From an uncultured Anaerolineae bacterium (GTDB lineage: Bacteria > Chloroflexota > Anaerolineae > Fen-1058), in assembly GCA_964651475.1 (NCBI GenBank), contig CAZYXV010000012.1, positions 64,001-124,208 on the forward strand: 60,208 nt of DNA. Reading direction: 5' to 3'. The notes under the pieces were generated by a model. It did no database searches and was not told the DNA's origin. It saw nothing but the letters and a program-made list of their open reading frames with translations. Shown one piece after another: positions 1-9,264 of this stretch (its first letter is position 1; each line of letters begins with the position of its first letter). The position numbers and the translations under genes were made by a program.

Positions 1-1217
1 TCAAAGTGCTCTTTACGCTGGCCAAAGAAAGAAAAGAGGGACACAAGCCCGAGATTGCCTCCGGCGATTTGCGCTTCCAGGATTTGCTTAACAAGTACAG
101 CGCCGCCGAGCGGCCCAAGGTCGAAATTGGCCCGGATGACATGGCCTTGCTGCAATACACGGGCGGCACGACGGGTGTGTCCAAGGCGGCTGTTGCATTG
201 CACCGCAACCTGGTGGCCGACGCGCTGCAAATCAAAGCCTGGATTCACGACACGAAGGAAGGCAATGAGACGGTCTTGATTGCTATCCCGCTGTTTCACG
301 TATATGGTATGGTGGCCGGCCTGTGCTACGGCATCTCGGCGGCGGCGCGCCTGCTCCTGGTGCCTAATCCACGCGATATTGTGACGCTGCTTTCGGCTAT
401 CAATCAATACCAGCCCACCATCTTTCCGGGCGTGCCTACCATGTACAACGCCATTAACAATTATCCCGATCTCGGCAAATACAACATTCGCTCGATCCGC
501 GGTTGTATCAGTGGCAGTGCGCCGCTGTTGGCCGAAACGCAAAACAAGTTCGAGTCGCTCACCGGGGGCAGTTTGCGCGAAGGGTACGGTTTGTCTGAGG
601 CGCCCACGGCCTCGCACTGCAACCCGCTTACAGGCCAGAATCGCCAGGGCAGCATTGGCATGCCCTTCCCAGACGTGGATTGCAAGATTATGAGCCTGGA
701 CGATGGCGTGACGGAACTGGGGCCGGAAGAAATTGGCGAGCTGACCATCAGCGGCCCGCAGGTGATGCAGGGTTATTGGAACATGCCCACCGAAACAGCC
801 AACGTGCTGCGCCAGGGGCCTGACGGCAAAGTCTGGCTATACACCGGCGACATTGCCAAGATGGACACGGACGGCTATTTTTATATTGTGGATCGCAAGA
901 AGGATATGGTCATCGCTGGCGGCTATAACATCTATCCGCGCGAAGTGGAAGAGGTGGTCAAGGAACACCCCAAGGTATTGGATGTGGCGGCGGCTGGCAT
1001 CCCGGACCCGCATCGCGGCGAGACGATCAAGGTATGGATTGTGCCCAAGCCCGGCGAAACGCTGACGGCGGACGAGGTTAAAGAGTTTTGCAAAGATAAA
1101 TTGGCCAAGTTCAAGATCCCGACCCACGTCGAATTTCGCCAGGAATTGCCCAAGACGATGGTGGGCAAGGTGCTGCGGCGCATGCTGGTGGAGGAGGAAA
1201 AGAAGAAGCAGGCGTGA
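1..1217 (+). CDS. Long-chain fatty-acid--CoA ligase (AMP-binding enzyme), 5'-truncated by the window edge
   Basis: ORF 6..1217. AMP-binding signature YTGGTTGVSKAA, conserved GYGLSE and a C-terminal KIPxxV...LPKTxxGK motif. The frame is open to base 1, so the N-terminus lies outside the window. Confidence 0.8.
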   Translation, partial: KVLFTLAKERKEGHKPEIASGDLRFQDLLNKYSAAERPKVEIGPDDMALLQYTGGTTGVSKAAVALHRNLVADALQIKAWIHDTKEGNETVLIAIPLFHVYGMVAGLCYGISAAARLLLVPNPRDIVTLLSAINQYQPTIFPGVPTMYNAINNYPDLGKYNIRSIRGCISGSAPLLAETQNKFESLTGGSLREGYGLSEAPTASHCNPLTGQNRQGSIGMPFPDVDCKIMSLDDGVTELGPEEIGELTISGPQVMQGYWNMPTETANVLRQGPDGKVWLYTGDIAKMDTDGYFYIVDRKKDMVIAGGYNIYPREVEEVVKEHPKVLDVAAAGIPDPHRGETIKVWIVPKPGETLTADEVKEFCKDKLAKFKIPTHVEFRQELPKTMVGKVLRRMLVEEEKKKQA

Positions 1218-1250
1218 CGTGCGGAATGTGAAACGCGAAACGTAAAGCGC

Positions 1251-1292
1251 AAGCGCCCTCCGAGTACGGCCGGGAGGGCGCTTGTTGTTTCG
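1251..1292. terminator. Bidirectional intrinsic terminator between the convergent acyl-CoA ligase and ftsH genes
   Basis: Perfect 11-bp stem AAGCGCCCTCC / GGAGGGCGCTT with an 11-nt loop, followed by GTTGTTTCGGGTATTT on the + strand and a T-rich run on the - strand. Confidence 0.5.
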
Positions 1293-1333
1293 GGTATTTA
1301 CTCGATATTCACAAGGCGCGTTACCTGTGTGTT

Positions 1334-3157
1334 TTACATCTCGCCGTTGACTAGTTGCTTGAATTCTTCCGCTTCAATCGTTTCCGCTTCGATCAAGCGG
1401 CGCGCCACCACGTCCAGCGCATTGCGGCGCTCCGTCAGGATGTGGTGGGCTTGCTCGTGCGCTTCTTGGACAATTCTGCGCACTTCTTCGTCAATTTCGT
1501 GCGCCACCGCGTCGCTGTAATCGCGCTGCTCACCCAATTCTTTGCCCAAAAAGACCAATTCTTCTTTCTGGCCGTACACCATCGGCCCCAGCTTGTCACT
1601 CATGCCGTAGCGCGTGACCATCGAGCGGGTAAGCTCCGTTACGCGCTCCAGGTCGTTGCTGGCGCCGGTCGTCACGTCCCCAAAGACAATCTCTTCGGCA
1701 GTGCGCCCGCCTAGCATAAAGGCCAGATCGTCCAGGAATTTAGACTTGGAAACCAGCGTGCGGTCTTCTTCGGGCAGCGCCAGGGTATAGCCGCCAGCCA
1801 TGCCGCGAGAGATGATCGAGATTTTGTGGACCGGGTTGCAATTGGGCAGGCTGTGCGCCACGACGGCGTGGCCGGCTTCGTGGTAGGCAAAAATCTCCTT
1901 TTCCTGCGGGCTGATGAGGCGGCTTTTGCGTTCCGGGCCGGCGATGACGCGCTCGATGGCTTCTTCGAATTCTTTCATGCCGATTGTTTTCTTGTTGCGC
2001 CGCGCTGCCAGGATGGCGGCCTCGTTGACCAGGCTTTCGATGTCGGCCCCCACAAACCCCGGCGTGGCTTTGGCCAGCACACCCAGGTTCAAGTCGTCGG
2101 CCAACGGCTTGCCTCGCACGTGTACTTTGAGGATTTGCTCGCGCCCTTTCATATCGGGACGGTCGAGCACCACGCGCCGGTCAAAGCGTCCGGGCCGCAG
2201 CAAGGCCGGGTCGAGGATGTCGGGACGGTTGGTGGCGGCCACCACGATGACGTTGGTGTCAGTGTCAAAGCCGTCCATCTCGACCAGAATTTGGTTGAGC
2301 GTCTGCTCGCGCTCGTCGTGGCTGCCGCCCAGCCCCGCGCCGCGGTGCCGCCCGACGGCGTCAATCTCGTCCACGAACACGATGCACGGGCTGTGGCGCT
2401 TGGCCTGGTCGAACAAATCCCGCACGCGGCTGGCGCCCACGCCCACAAACATTTCCACAAATTCCGAGCCGGAGATGGAAAAGAACGGCACGCCCGCTTC
2501 GCCCGACACGGCCTTGGCCAGCAGGGTCTTGCCGCAGCCGGGCGGCCCCACCATCAACACGCCTTTGGGGATGCGCGCGCCCAGCTGGATGAATTTTTCC
2601 GGTTCTTTGAGGAACTCGACGATTTCGGCCAGTTCTTGCTTGGATTCGTCCACCCCCGCCACGTCGTCAAAAGTCACCGTGGGCTGCTCGCCGGTGAACA
2701 TGCGCGCGCGGCTCTTGCCAAAGCTGATCGCCTGGTTATTGGTGCCTTGCGCCTGGCGCAGCATGAACCACAACATGCCCACCACCAGCAAAGCCGGCAA
2801 TCCGTACAGCGCAAACTGAGCCAGGATATTGCCCCAGTCGCTGGGCTTGTCCACCTTCAGTTGAATGGTCGCCAGCATTTCTCTGGGCACGCCCAACAGT
2901 TCCAATTGTTCCAATGTCGTCAGGTCAGGCTCTTTGCGCGATTGGACAATCTTGCCGTCCTGGTATTCAATGCGCACTTCATTCTCGATGGTCGTAATTT
3001 GCTTGATCTTGCCTTCCCGCGCATCTGCGGCGATCTGGGAAATATCTACGGTGTTGATGGTCGGCGTTTGGCCGCGTATGAAATACATGGCGGCAAATGC
3101 CACCACGGCAATAACGATAATCACGTATACAAAACTATGCGATGGCGTCGAATTCAT
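1334..3157 (-). CDS. ftsH: ATP-dependent zinc metalloprotease FtsH
   Basis: 607 aa. N-terminal TM helices, AAA Walker A GPPGCGKT, Walker B VFVDEIDA, Zn-binding [10 protein letters not shown] and the FtsH C-terminal protease domain. Confidence 0.95.
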   Translation of the reverse strand: MNSTPSHSFVYVIIVIAVVAFAAMYFIRGQTPTINTVDISQIAADAREGKIKQITTIENEVRIEYQDGKIVQSRKEPDLTTLEQLELLGVPREMLATIQLKVDKPSDWGNILAQFALYGLPALLVVGMLWFMLRQAQGTNNQAISFGKSRARMFTGEQPTVTFDDVAGVDESKQELAEIVEFLKEPEKFIQLGARIPKGVLMVGPPGCGKTLLAKAVSGEAGVPFFSISGSEFVEMFVGVGASRVRDLFDQAKRHSPCIVFVDEIDAVGRHRGAGLGGSHDEREQTLNQILVEMDGFDTDTNVIVVAATNRPDILDPALLRPGRFDRRVVLDRPDMKGREQILKVHVRGKPLADDLNLGVLAKATPGFVGADIESLVNEAAILAARRNKKTIGMKEFEEAIERVIAGPERKSRLISPQEKEIFAYHEAGHAVVAHSLPNCNPVHKISIISRGMAGGYTLALPEEDRTLVSKSKFLDDLAFMLGGRTAEEIVFGDVTTGASNDLERVTELTRSMVTRYGMSDKLGPMVYGQKEELVFLGKELGEQRDYSDAVAHEIDEEVRRIVQEAHEQAHHILTERRNALDVVARRLIEAETIEAEEFKQLVNGEM

Positions 3158-3212
3158 ATCTCACTTTCTCACTCTCCCGTAATCACTCCGTGCAGTACAC
3201 AGTATATCCCTG

Positions 3213-5132
3213 TCACGGTCCAACCATTATTTCTTTTACCAAAATGCTATCACCTGACGCGCTGGTTCTGCCGGCGTCCATCACGGGCAGGCGTCCCGAG
3301 AGGGTGTTGGCAGGGTACATGCCGACTTGCAGCGTGTATTTGCCGCGCGGCGCATTGGCCGGAATGTACAAAGAGTACAGGTCCACTATCGGCGCGCCTC
3401 TGTTCCACGTGGAGGTGGGCGCCAGGCCGCCTTGAGGCTCACTATCGGCCTGCGCCACCGGCCGCGGGTTGTTGGGACCAATAAGGTGCACAAACACTTT
3501 GTAATCGGCCGGTACGCTCCTGACCCGCGACCGCCACGTAAAGGCCACCTCGACGTTTTCTCCGGGGCGAAACGCATTGCTCGTCAGGTCAGCGCTCTCT
3601 AGCGTAATGACGTTGCCCAGGTTGACGCTGAGCGAGATGACGCTGCCGCTGCTCAGAACCAAGGTGAGCGGCATACCGCTGGTGAGCGGCATACCAGGCG
3701 GCGGCACCTGGCTCAAGATGCGTCCCACGGGGTCGTTAGGGCTCCACTGTGAATCAAAGTGCATGACCCATCCGTAGCTTTCCAATCCTTTACGCACTTC
3801 TTCGTTGTATTGCAGCCCGATGACCGAAACCACGTTGGCCACTGGCGGGCCTTTGCTGATTACGACGCTGACGGCGTCGCCCCGCCGCGCTTGCGCGCCC
3901 GGCGCGGGCGATTGTTCCATCACCGCACCTGCCGGTATTTTAGAGTCGTTGCGTTCCTCCTTAATCGCCATCTGCAGGCCGGCATCCGCCACCAGCTTTT
4001 CGGCTTCTTGCTTGTTGTGTCCTACCAGGGTGGGAACGTTTGTCTGCTCGCCGACGCCGGCGATAGTGGGTGTGATGGTTGGCGCCAGCGTGGGCGTGGG
4101 TGTGGAAGGGATGCGCTCGCCGCCATAGAACTTGTCGTACACCAGCGAGTAGAGCGGGATCAGGCCAATGACCATCACCGCCGCCACGGCAGCCAGCAGC
4201 CATACCGTCCAATCAAAGCTGCTGCGTTCGGCAGTGATGTGTTGCGAGGTGGTCCCCGTCACCGGGCCGGTGGGGAGGGGACGCTGGTAGCCGGTGGCTT
4301 GCTCGCTGCTGTGTTGATATTCGTACAGCAGGCGTCCCAGTTGATCGGCGTGGCGGTAGCGCTGCGAAGGTTCTTTGGCCAGGGCGCGCGTGACGATTTG
4401 TTCGAGTTGGGCGGGGACGGCTGAATTAAACTTGCCGATGGGGGGCGGCTGGTCGCGCAAGTGCGCCATCGCCAATTGCTGCTGGGTATCGCCTTCGAAT
4501 GGCAGGCGGCCGGTCAGCATCTCGTACATGATGATGCCGATGCTATACACGTCTGAAGCGGGTGTGGGGGGATTGCCGGCGGCCTGTTCGGGCGAAAAAT
4601 AGTGCGGCGTGCCCCATACGCCGGTCGTGACGCCAGTGGCCGAGACGCTCGAAAGCGCGCGCGCAATGCCGAAATCCGTCACCTTGGCGCGCCCGTCCGG
4701 CGTGACGAGCACATTTTGCGGTTTGACGTCGCAGTGGACGACGTTCGCGCGGTGCGCGGCGCCCACCGCCGCGCAAATCTGGATCGAGAGATTCAACATG
4801 CGGGGCAGGCTAAAAGGCGCTCCGTGGCGAATCAGTTGCTTGAGGTCGCTGCCCTCTACGTATTCCATGATGATGTATTGTTTGTCGCCGTCCAGGCCAA
4901 AATCGTGCACCGTGACAATATTGGGATGCGATAGATTTGCCGCCGCTCGAGCCTCGCGTTGAAAGCGCGCCTGAAATGACGGGTCTTCGGCAAAGCTTTC
5001 GCGCAAAATCTTGACGGCCACGATGCGGCTCAGCATGGTATCTTGGGCCTTGTACACCACCGCCATGCCGCCGCTGGCGACGCGCGCGATGAGCTGATAG
5101 CGATTGTTGAGCAGCTGACCTTCAGTTGGCAT
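3213..5132 (-). CDS. Ser/Thr protein kinase with a TM segment, Pro/Thr linker and extracellular PASTA domain (PknB-like)
   Basis: 639 aa. N-terminal Hanks kinase motifs (VAVK, HCDVKPQN, DFG, SPE). TM helix WTVWLLAAVAAVMVIGLIPLY. PASTA-like segment VPTLVGHNKQEAEKLVADAGL...VVISKGP, plus a further C-terminal beta-rich domain. Confidence 0.85.
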   Translation of the reverse strand: MPTEGQLLNNRYQLIARVASGGMAVVYKAQDTMLSRIVAVKILRESFAEDPSFQARFQREARAAANLSHPNIVTVHDFGLDGDKQYIIMEYVEGSDLKQLIRHGAPFSLPRMLNLSIQICAAVGAAHRANVVHCDVKPQNVLVTPDGRAKVTDFGIARALSSVSATGVTTGVWGTPHYFSPEQAAGNPPTPASDVYSIGIIMYEMLTGRLPFEGDTQQQLAMAHLRDQPPPIGKFNSAVPAQLEQIVTRALAKEPSQRYRHADQLGRLLYEYQHSSEQATGYQRPLPTGPVTGTTSQHITAERSSFDWTVWLLAAVAAVMVIGLIPLYSLVYDKFYGGERIPSTPTPTLAPTITPTIAGVGEQTNVPTLVGHNKQEAEKLVADAGLQMAIKEERNDSKIPAGAVMEQSPAPGAQARRGDAVSVVISKGPPVANVVSVIGLQYNEEVRKGLESYGWVMHFDSQWSPNDPVGRILSQVPPPGMPLTSGMPLTLVLSSGSVISLSVNLGNVITLESADLTSNAFRPGENVEVAFTWRSRVRSVPADYKVFVHLIGPNNPRPVAQADSEPQGGLAPTSTWNRGAPIVDLYSLYIPANAPRGKYTLQVGMYPANTLSGRLPVMDAGRTSASGDSILVKEIMVGP

Positions 5133-5137
5133 AGTGT

Positions 5138-5212
5138 TTAATCCAGACTCAAGAATTCTTCTTGGAAAGCTTTGACGGCCTCTTGCCCAGAGATGTTGGT
5201 TAATCTACTCAT
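5138..5212 (-). pseudogene. Truncated HicA-like mRNA interferase toxin remnant (24 codons)
   Basis: My own translation of the - strand gives MSRLTNISGQEAVKAFQEEFLSLD*, which resembles the N-terminal 'L-SGKE-IK-L' start of YcfA/HicA toxins and then stops early. It lies 4 nt downstream of hicB and ends 6 nt before the kinase start. Confidence 0.35.
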
Positions 5213-5215
5213 TGG

Positions 5216-5425
5216 CTATACTGTCACCATAACGGGCTGTGCAAGTTTTGACAAAGTTGCTGTCGCTTTTTGATCTTCGGCCCACAGCCAAGCTATTACG
5301 GCTTCCTTGATATTGTCCAAAGTTTCCTTTTCGTCTTTACCTTGAGATACACAGCCTGGAAGCGCCGGACACTCTGCAACGATCCACCCATCTTCCGCTT
5401 GTTCAAGTGTAATGTGAAAGATCAT
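5216..5425 (-). CDS. hicB: HicB-family antitoxin (UPF0150, short form)
   Basis: 69 aa. MIFHITLEQAEDGWIVAECPALPGCVSQGKDEKETLDNIKEAV matches the characteristic 'E-DGxYxAxxPxLPGCxSQG-T-EEA' HicB N-domain. Confidence 0.6.
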   Translation of the reverse strand: MIFHITLEQAEDGWIVAECPALPGCVSQGKDEKETLDNIKEAVIAWLWAEDQKATATLSKLAQPVMVTV

Positions 5426-5494
5426 GTTTTTCCTCTGGTAGTTACAGTTTGTCCATTCTATCCATCTGCGGCTTATGTTTGGGCAAGTGTGTGG

Positions 5495-7018
5495 CTAGTC
5501 CAAGTTCCCCACTACTTTTTCAACCTCGTCCAAAATCTCGCACGATTTGACCAGCTCCATCATCCGCGTATGGTCGGGGTAGAGTGGCCGGTCTATGTCG
5601 AGGTGTTCCACGTATTTGCGAACGACAGCCCGCGCTGCCTGCACGCCGTTGCCGGGGGTAAACGTGCGAAAGTCTAGCGCCTGGGCCGCGGCCATAAACT
5701 CGATGCCCAGCACGCCGTAGGCGTTTTCCAGGATTTGGGCGTTCTTGATGGCCGTGTTCATGCCCATCGAGACAAAGTCTTCCTGATCGGCGGCGGCGGG
5801 GATAGATTGGATGCTGGCCGGCATGGAAAGGATTCTTTGCTCGACGATGAGGCTATCGGCGGTGTACTGGCTGAGCATCATGCCAGACATCATGCCGGCG
5901 CCCTTGGTCAGGAACGGCGGCAGCCCAATGCTCAGCGCCGGGTTGGTCAGGCGGTTGAGGCGGCGTTCTGAAAGAACGCAGACCATGGTGATGGATGCGC
6001 CGGCCATATCCATCGGCAGCGATATCGGCGATCCCTGAAAATTGGCGCCCGTCAGCGTCAGCTTGTATTCCGGCAGAAAGATGGGGTTATCGGCCACGGC
6101 ATTCAACTCGATTTCTACCTGGCTCCTGGCATAATCCAGCGCGTCGTGAGCGGCGCCGATGACCTGCGGAGACGAGCGCATCGAATAGGCGTCTTGGACT
6201 TTGATCTTGAGCTTGCCCGTGAGCAGGTCGCTGCCTTCGACGCATTTCAGGATGGCGCGAGCGGTGCGGACCGCGCCGGAAAATCCGCGCAGTTGGTGCA
6301 GCCGCACGTCGTAGGGCTTCATATTGGCGTACAGCGCCTCTAGCGTCATGGCGCAGGCGATTTCAGCTTGCTTGAGCCAGCGATTCATATCATACAACTG
6401 GAGCGCGCTCATGGCGGTGATGAGGTTGGAGCCGTTGATCGCCGCCAGGCCATCGCGAGCTTGCAGGTCGGGGATGGGGATGCCGGCCTTGTCCATGGCT
6501 TGCTTGCCGGGCATGCGCTGGCCCTGGTAGTAGGCTTCTCCTTCACCCATGAGCAGCAAGGCAATCTGAGACATTGGCGCCAGGTCGCCGCAAGCGCCGA
6601 CAGAGCCTTTCTGGCAGACCACCGGCGTGACGCCCTTGTTCAGCATGTCTACCAACGTTTGGGTGATTTCAGGGCGGCAGCCAGACTTGCCCCGAGCGTG
6701 CACGTTGATTCGGCTGGCCATCGCGCCGCGGACATATTCGATGGGCGCGGGAGCGCCAATGCCGGCGGCGTGATTATAGATCAGGTAGCGTTGAAATTGC
6801 TTGACTTGTTCGTCGTCCAACACGACTTCAGAAAATTCACCGATGCCGGTGTTGACGCCGTACATGATTTCGTGCGCCTGGATTTTTTCTTCCAGCATGT
6901 TGCGGCAAACCTTGATTCGCTCTACGGCTTCGGGGTCGAGCTCCACATGTTCTCCGTGCCGGGCAATCCGCACCAGTTTTTCGACGGTCAGATTAGAGCC
7001 GTCTAGGACGATAGTCAT
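5495..7018 (-). CDS. Histidine/aromatic amino-acid ammonia-lyase family enzyme (HAL/PAL/TAL-like) with an Ala-Cys-Gly in place of the canonical Ala-Ser-Gly MIO triad
   Basis: 507 aa. GVNTGIGEF, NHAAGIG, GSVGACGDLAPMS and PIFLPEYKLTLTGANFQG family motifs. The prosthetic-group precursor reads ACG. Confidence 0.8.
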   Translation of the reverse strand: MTIVLDGSNLTVEKLVRIARHGEHVELDPEAVERIKVCRNMLEEKIQAHEIMYGVNTGIGEFSEVVLDDEQVKQFQRYLIYNHAAGIGAPAPIEYVRGAMASRINVHARGKSGCRPEITQTLVDMLNKGVTPVVCQKGSVGACGDLAPMSQIALLLMGEGEAYYQGQRMPGKQAMDKAGIPIPDLQARDGLAAINGSNLITAMSALQLYDMNRWLKQAEIACAMTLEALYANMKPYDVRLHQLRGFSGAVRTARAILKCVEGSDLLTGKLKIKVQDAYSMRSSPQVIGAAHDALDYARSQVEIELNAVADNPIFLPEYKLTLTGANFQGSPISLPMDMAGASITMVCVLSERRLNRLTNPALSIGLPPFLTKGAGMMSGMMLSQYTADSLIVEQRILSMPASIQSIPAAADQEDFVSMGMNTAIKNAQILENAYGVLGIEFMAAAQALDFRTFTPGNGVQAARAVVRKYVEHLDIDRPLYPDHTRMMELVKSCEILDEVEKVVGNLD

Positions 7019-7095
7019 CGTTTATCTCCTTGATATGATATAAAGTACGTTTATATTCTACCCCAATTCAGCATCCCCGACAATAGGCCATTACC

Positions 7096-8673
7096 CTAAT
7101 CCAACGGCGCGCCCAATGCTTCCTCGACGGCTTGCAGCACCGCGCCTTCTCGCACGAGCTGGCAGGCGGTGTCCAGATAGGGGTGCATCAGCCGGTCGCG
7201 TTCGAGCAGCGGGATATCCTGGCGCAGGCGGCGGTGAGCGGCTTGCGTGCCCGCGCCCAAACGCGCGTGCGGGTATTGGTGCAAGCGCAAGTCCACCGCT
7301 TGCGCGGCGCACACCAGCTCGATGCCGATGACGTGCTCGACGTTGCGCACGATTTCCCACGTGTGGCGCGCCGCGTTCATCGAGTTGCTGATGTGGTCTT
7401 CCTGGTCGGCGGAGGTGGGAATGCTATCCACGCTATCAGGATGGGCCAAGACTTTATTGTCTGCGACCAGCGCGGCGGCGATGTATTGCGCCAGCATAAA
7501 GCCGCTGTTCAAGCCGCCGTCCTGGATCAGCATGGCGGGCAGCCCGTCGTTCAATTCAGGCGCGGTCAGGCGGAACACGCGCCGCTCGGACAGGTTGCCG
7601 ATCTCGGACACGGCAATGCCGATAAAGTCGGCGGCAAATGCAATTGGCTCGCCGTGAAAGTTCCCGCCCGAAAGCGCCTTGTTGACGCCGGGGAGATCCA
7701 GAAAGAGCAGGGGGTTATCGCTGGCAGCGTTGATCTCGTCTTCGAGTGTGGCATGCGCAAAAGCCAGCACGTCGCGCACGGCGCCCATCACTTGCGCGCC
7801 GCAGCGGAGGCTGTAGGCGTCTTGCACTCGCCCGCCTTGATCTATCAGGTTGCTCCCCGCAATCATTCGCCGAATATTGGCCGCCGAGGTGATTTGGCCC
7901 GCGTGTCGCCGCGCGCGATGAATCCGCGCGTCGAACGCCGCCGACGCGCCGCGCACGGCTTCCAGGCTGAGCGCCAGGGCGATTTCGGCCGTGCGCACCA
8001 GGCGTTGAGCGTCGTGCCAGGCCAGGGCGGCCATGGCGGTCGAAAAGGTCGTGCCGTTATTGAGCGCCAGCCCTTCTTTTGCGCCGAGCACCACGCGCGA
8101 TAGTCCCGCCGCCCGCATGGCTTGCGCGCCGCTCATGCGCTCTCCCTGGTAAAGCGCCTCGCCGCTGTCGCGGTCGGGGTCGTGCGGATCGCAGCACAAG
8201 ACCAGCACCAGGTGAGAAAGCGGGGCCAGGTCGCCGCTGGCGCCCAGCGAGCCTTTTTCGGGGATAATGGGGTGGACGCCGGCATTGAGCATGGCGATGA
8301 GCGTATCGAGCGTTTCGGGCCGCACGCCGCTGTGCCCGATGGCCAGCGTGTTGGCGCGTATGAGCATGGCGGCGCGTACCACATCTTGGGGCAATGGGGC
8401 ACCCGCGCCGACGGCGTGGCTCAAGATCAGGTTGCGGCTGAGCGTTTGCGAGTCGGCGCTGCTCACCTGGACGCGCGCAAAGACGCCAAAGCCAGTGTTG
8501 ATGCCATAGACAATCGGCGCGCCTCGCGATACAATCTCGTCAACCCAATTGCGGCAGGCGGCCACGCGCGCGCGGGCCGATTGATCGAGCTGGACCGCCT
8601 GGCCAGCGCGCGCCACCTGGATAACGTCTTGGATGTGAAGCTCCTGTCCATTCAATGCCAATAGGGTGTTCAT
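7096..8673 (-). CDS. hutH: Histidine ammonia-lyase-like enzyme with canonical ASG MIO triad
   Basis: 525 aa. GINTGFGVFA, LSHAVGAG (Ser-His as in HAL), GSLGASGDLAPLSH and SGGNFHGEPIA. The hutH symbol is tentative; an aminomutase or TAL cannot be excluded. Confidence 0.7.
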   Translation of the reverse strand: MNTLLALNGQELHIQDVIQVARAGQAVQLDQSARARVAACRNWVDEIVSRGAPIVYGINTGFGVFARVQVSSADSQTLSRNLILSHAVGAGAPLPQDVVRAAMLIRANTLAIGHSGVRPETLDTLIAMLNAGVHPIIPEKGSLGASGDLAPLSHLVLVLCCDPHDPDRDSGEALYQGERMSGAQAMRAAGLSRVVLGAKEGLALNNGTTFSTAMAALAWHDAQRLVRTAEIALALSLEAVRGASAAFDARIHRARRHAGQITSAANIRRMIAGSNLIDQGGRVQDAYSLRCGAQVMGAVRDVLAFAHATLEDEINAASDNPLLFLDLPGVNKALSGGNFHGEPIAFAADFIGIAVSEIGNLSERRVFRLTAPELNDGLPAMLIQDGGLNSGFMLAQYIAAALVADNKVLAHPDSVDSIPTSADQEDHISNSMNAARHTWEIVRNVEHVIGIELVCAAQAVDLRLHQYPHARLGAGTQAAHRRLRQDIPLLERDRLMHPYLDTACQLVREGAVLQAVEEALGAPLD

Positions 8674-8695
8674 ATATTCCTCCTCTATCGCTATT

Positions 8696-8724
8696 TTGAC
8701 TCGGGTTCAAGTTTGGCGTACAAT
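8696..8724 (+). promoter_or_regulatory. Sigma70-like promoter for the + strand hypothetical gene
   Basis: TTGACT, 17-nt spacer, TACAAT in the divergent intergenic region. A GAGGT RBS sits 8 nt before the ATG at about 8770. Confidence 0.35.
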
Positions 8725-8769
8725 TAATCCAGGCCGGATGCTGCCGGCACTCTAGTGCGAGGTAGACCC

Positions 8770-9264
8770 ATGTTGACAGCGATTCTTACACGTTACCCTG
8801 TGAAAATGATGACGCCCTCTTTTTTGATTCACGGTTTGATGGAGCCGGTCGGGCCGCTGCTGGATTATTTAAATGACGTGAACCGAAACAGTGTGCCCCT
8901 GTACAACGCGACGCTGTATGCGCTCGGCAGCAAACTCGGGCCGTCCACACGCCCCATGGTCGTCATCAAGAAACAAGATATTTGCGGATTGTACGTGGAC
9001 GATGCAAAGGGGCGCGCCACTGTGCAATTGCTCAAGCGGGTTGAAAGGGTGATTGTGCACGTGCCCAATTTGATTTGCCGCGGCGAGATACACGTGGGGA
9101 CCGAGACGCGCCAGCAAGATATTTTTGATGTGCTGATTGGCGTCTTTTTTGGGCTGACCAACGTCTCCGTATTCCCAACGGTTCAATTGCCGGCAGATTT
9201 TCCCAATCAACCCGAGTTGCTGTTGGCCCACAAAGATACCGTGCAGGCGTATTACGCCGAATGA
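8770..9264 (+). CDS. Hypothetical protein of unknown function
   Basis: ORF 8755..9264, which opens with GTG; the first ATG with an RBS is at about 8770. Protein-like composition and a promoter upstream. No motif recognised. Confidence 0.4.
   Translation: MLTAILTRYPVKMMTPSFLIHGLMEPVGPLLDYLNDVNRNSVPLYNATLYALGSKLGPSTRPMVVIKKQDICGLYVDDAKGRATVQLLKRVERVIVHVPNLICRGEIHVGTETRQQDIFDVLIGVFFGLTNVSVFPTVQLPADFPNQPELLLAHKDTVQAYYAE

Noticed and set aside
1826-3484. 552-aa + strand ORF (and a 301-aa one) antisense to ftsH. Similar long antisense ORFs lie over the kinase, HAL, PrkA, mutS, histidine kinase and Wadjet genes.
   Set aside because: Arg/Ala/Gly-rich, low-complexity translations typical of alternative frames in about 60-65% GC DNA. 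They are fully embedded in genes with strong homology-based calls.
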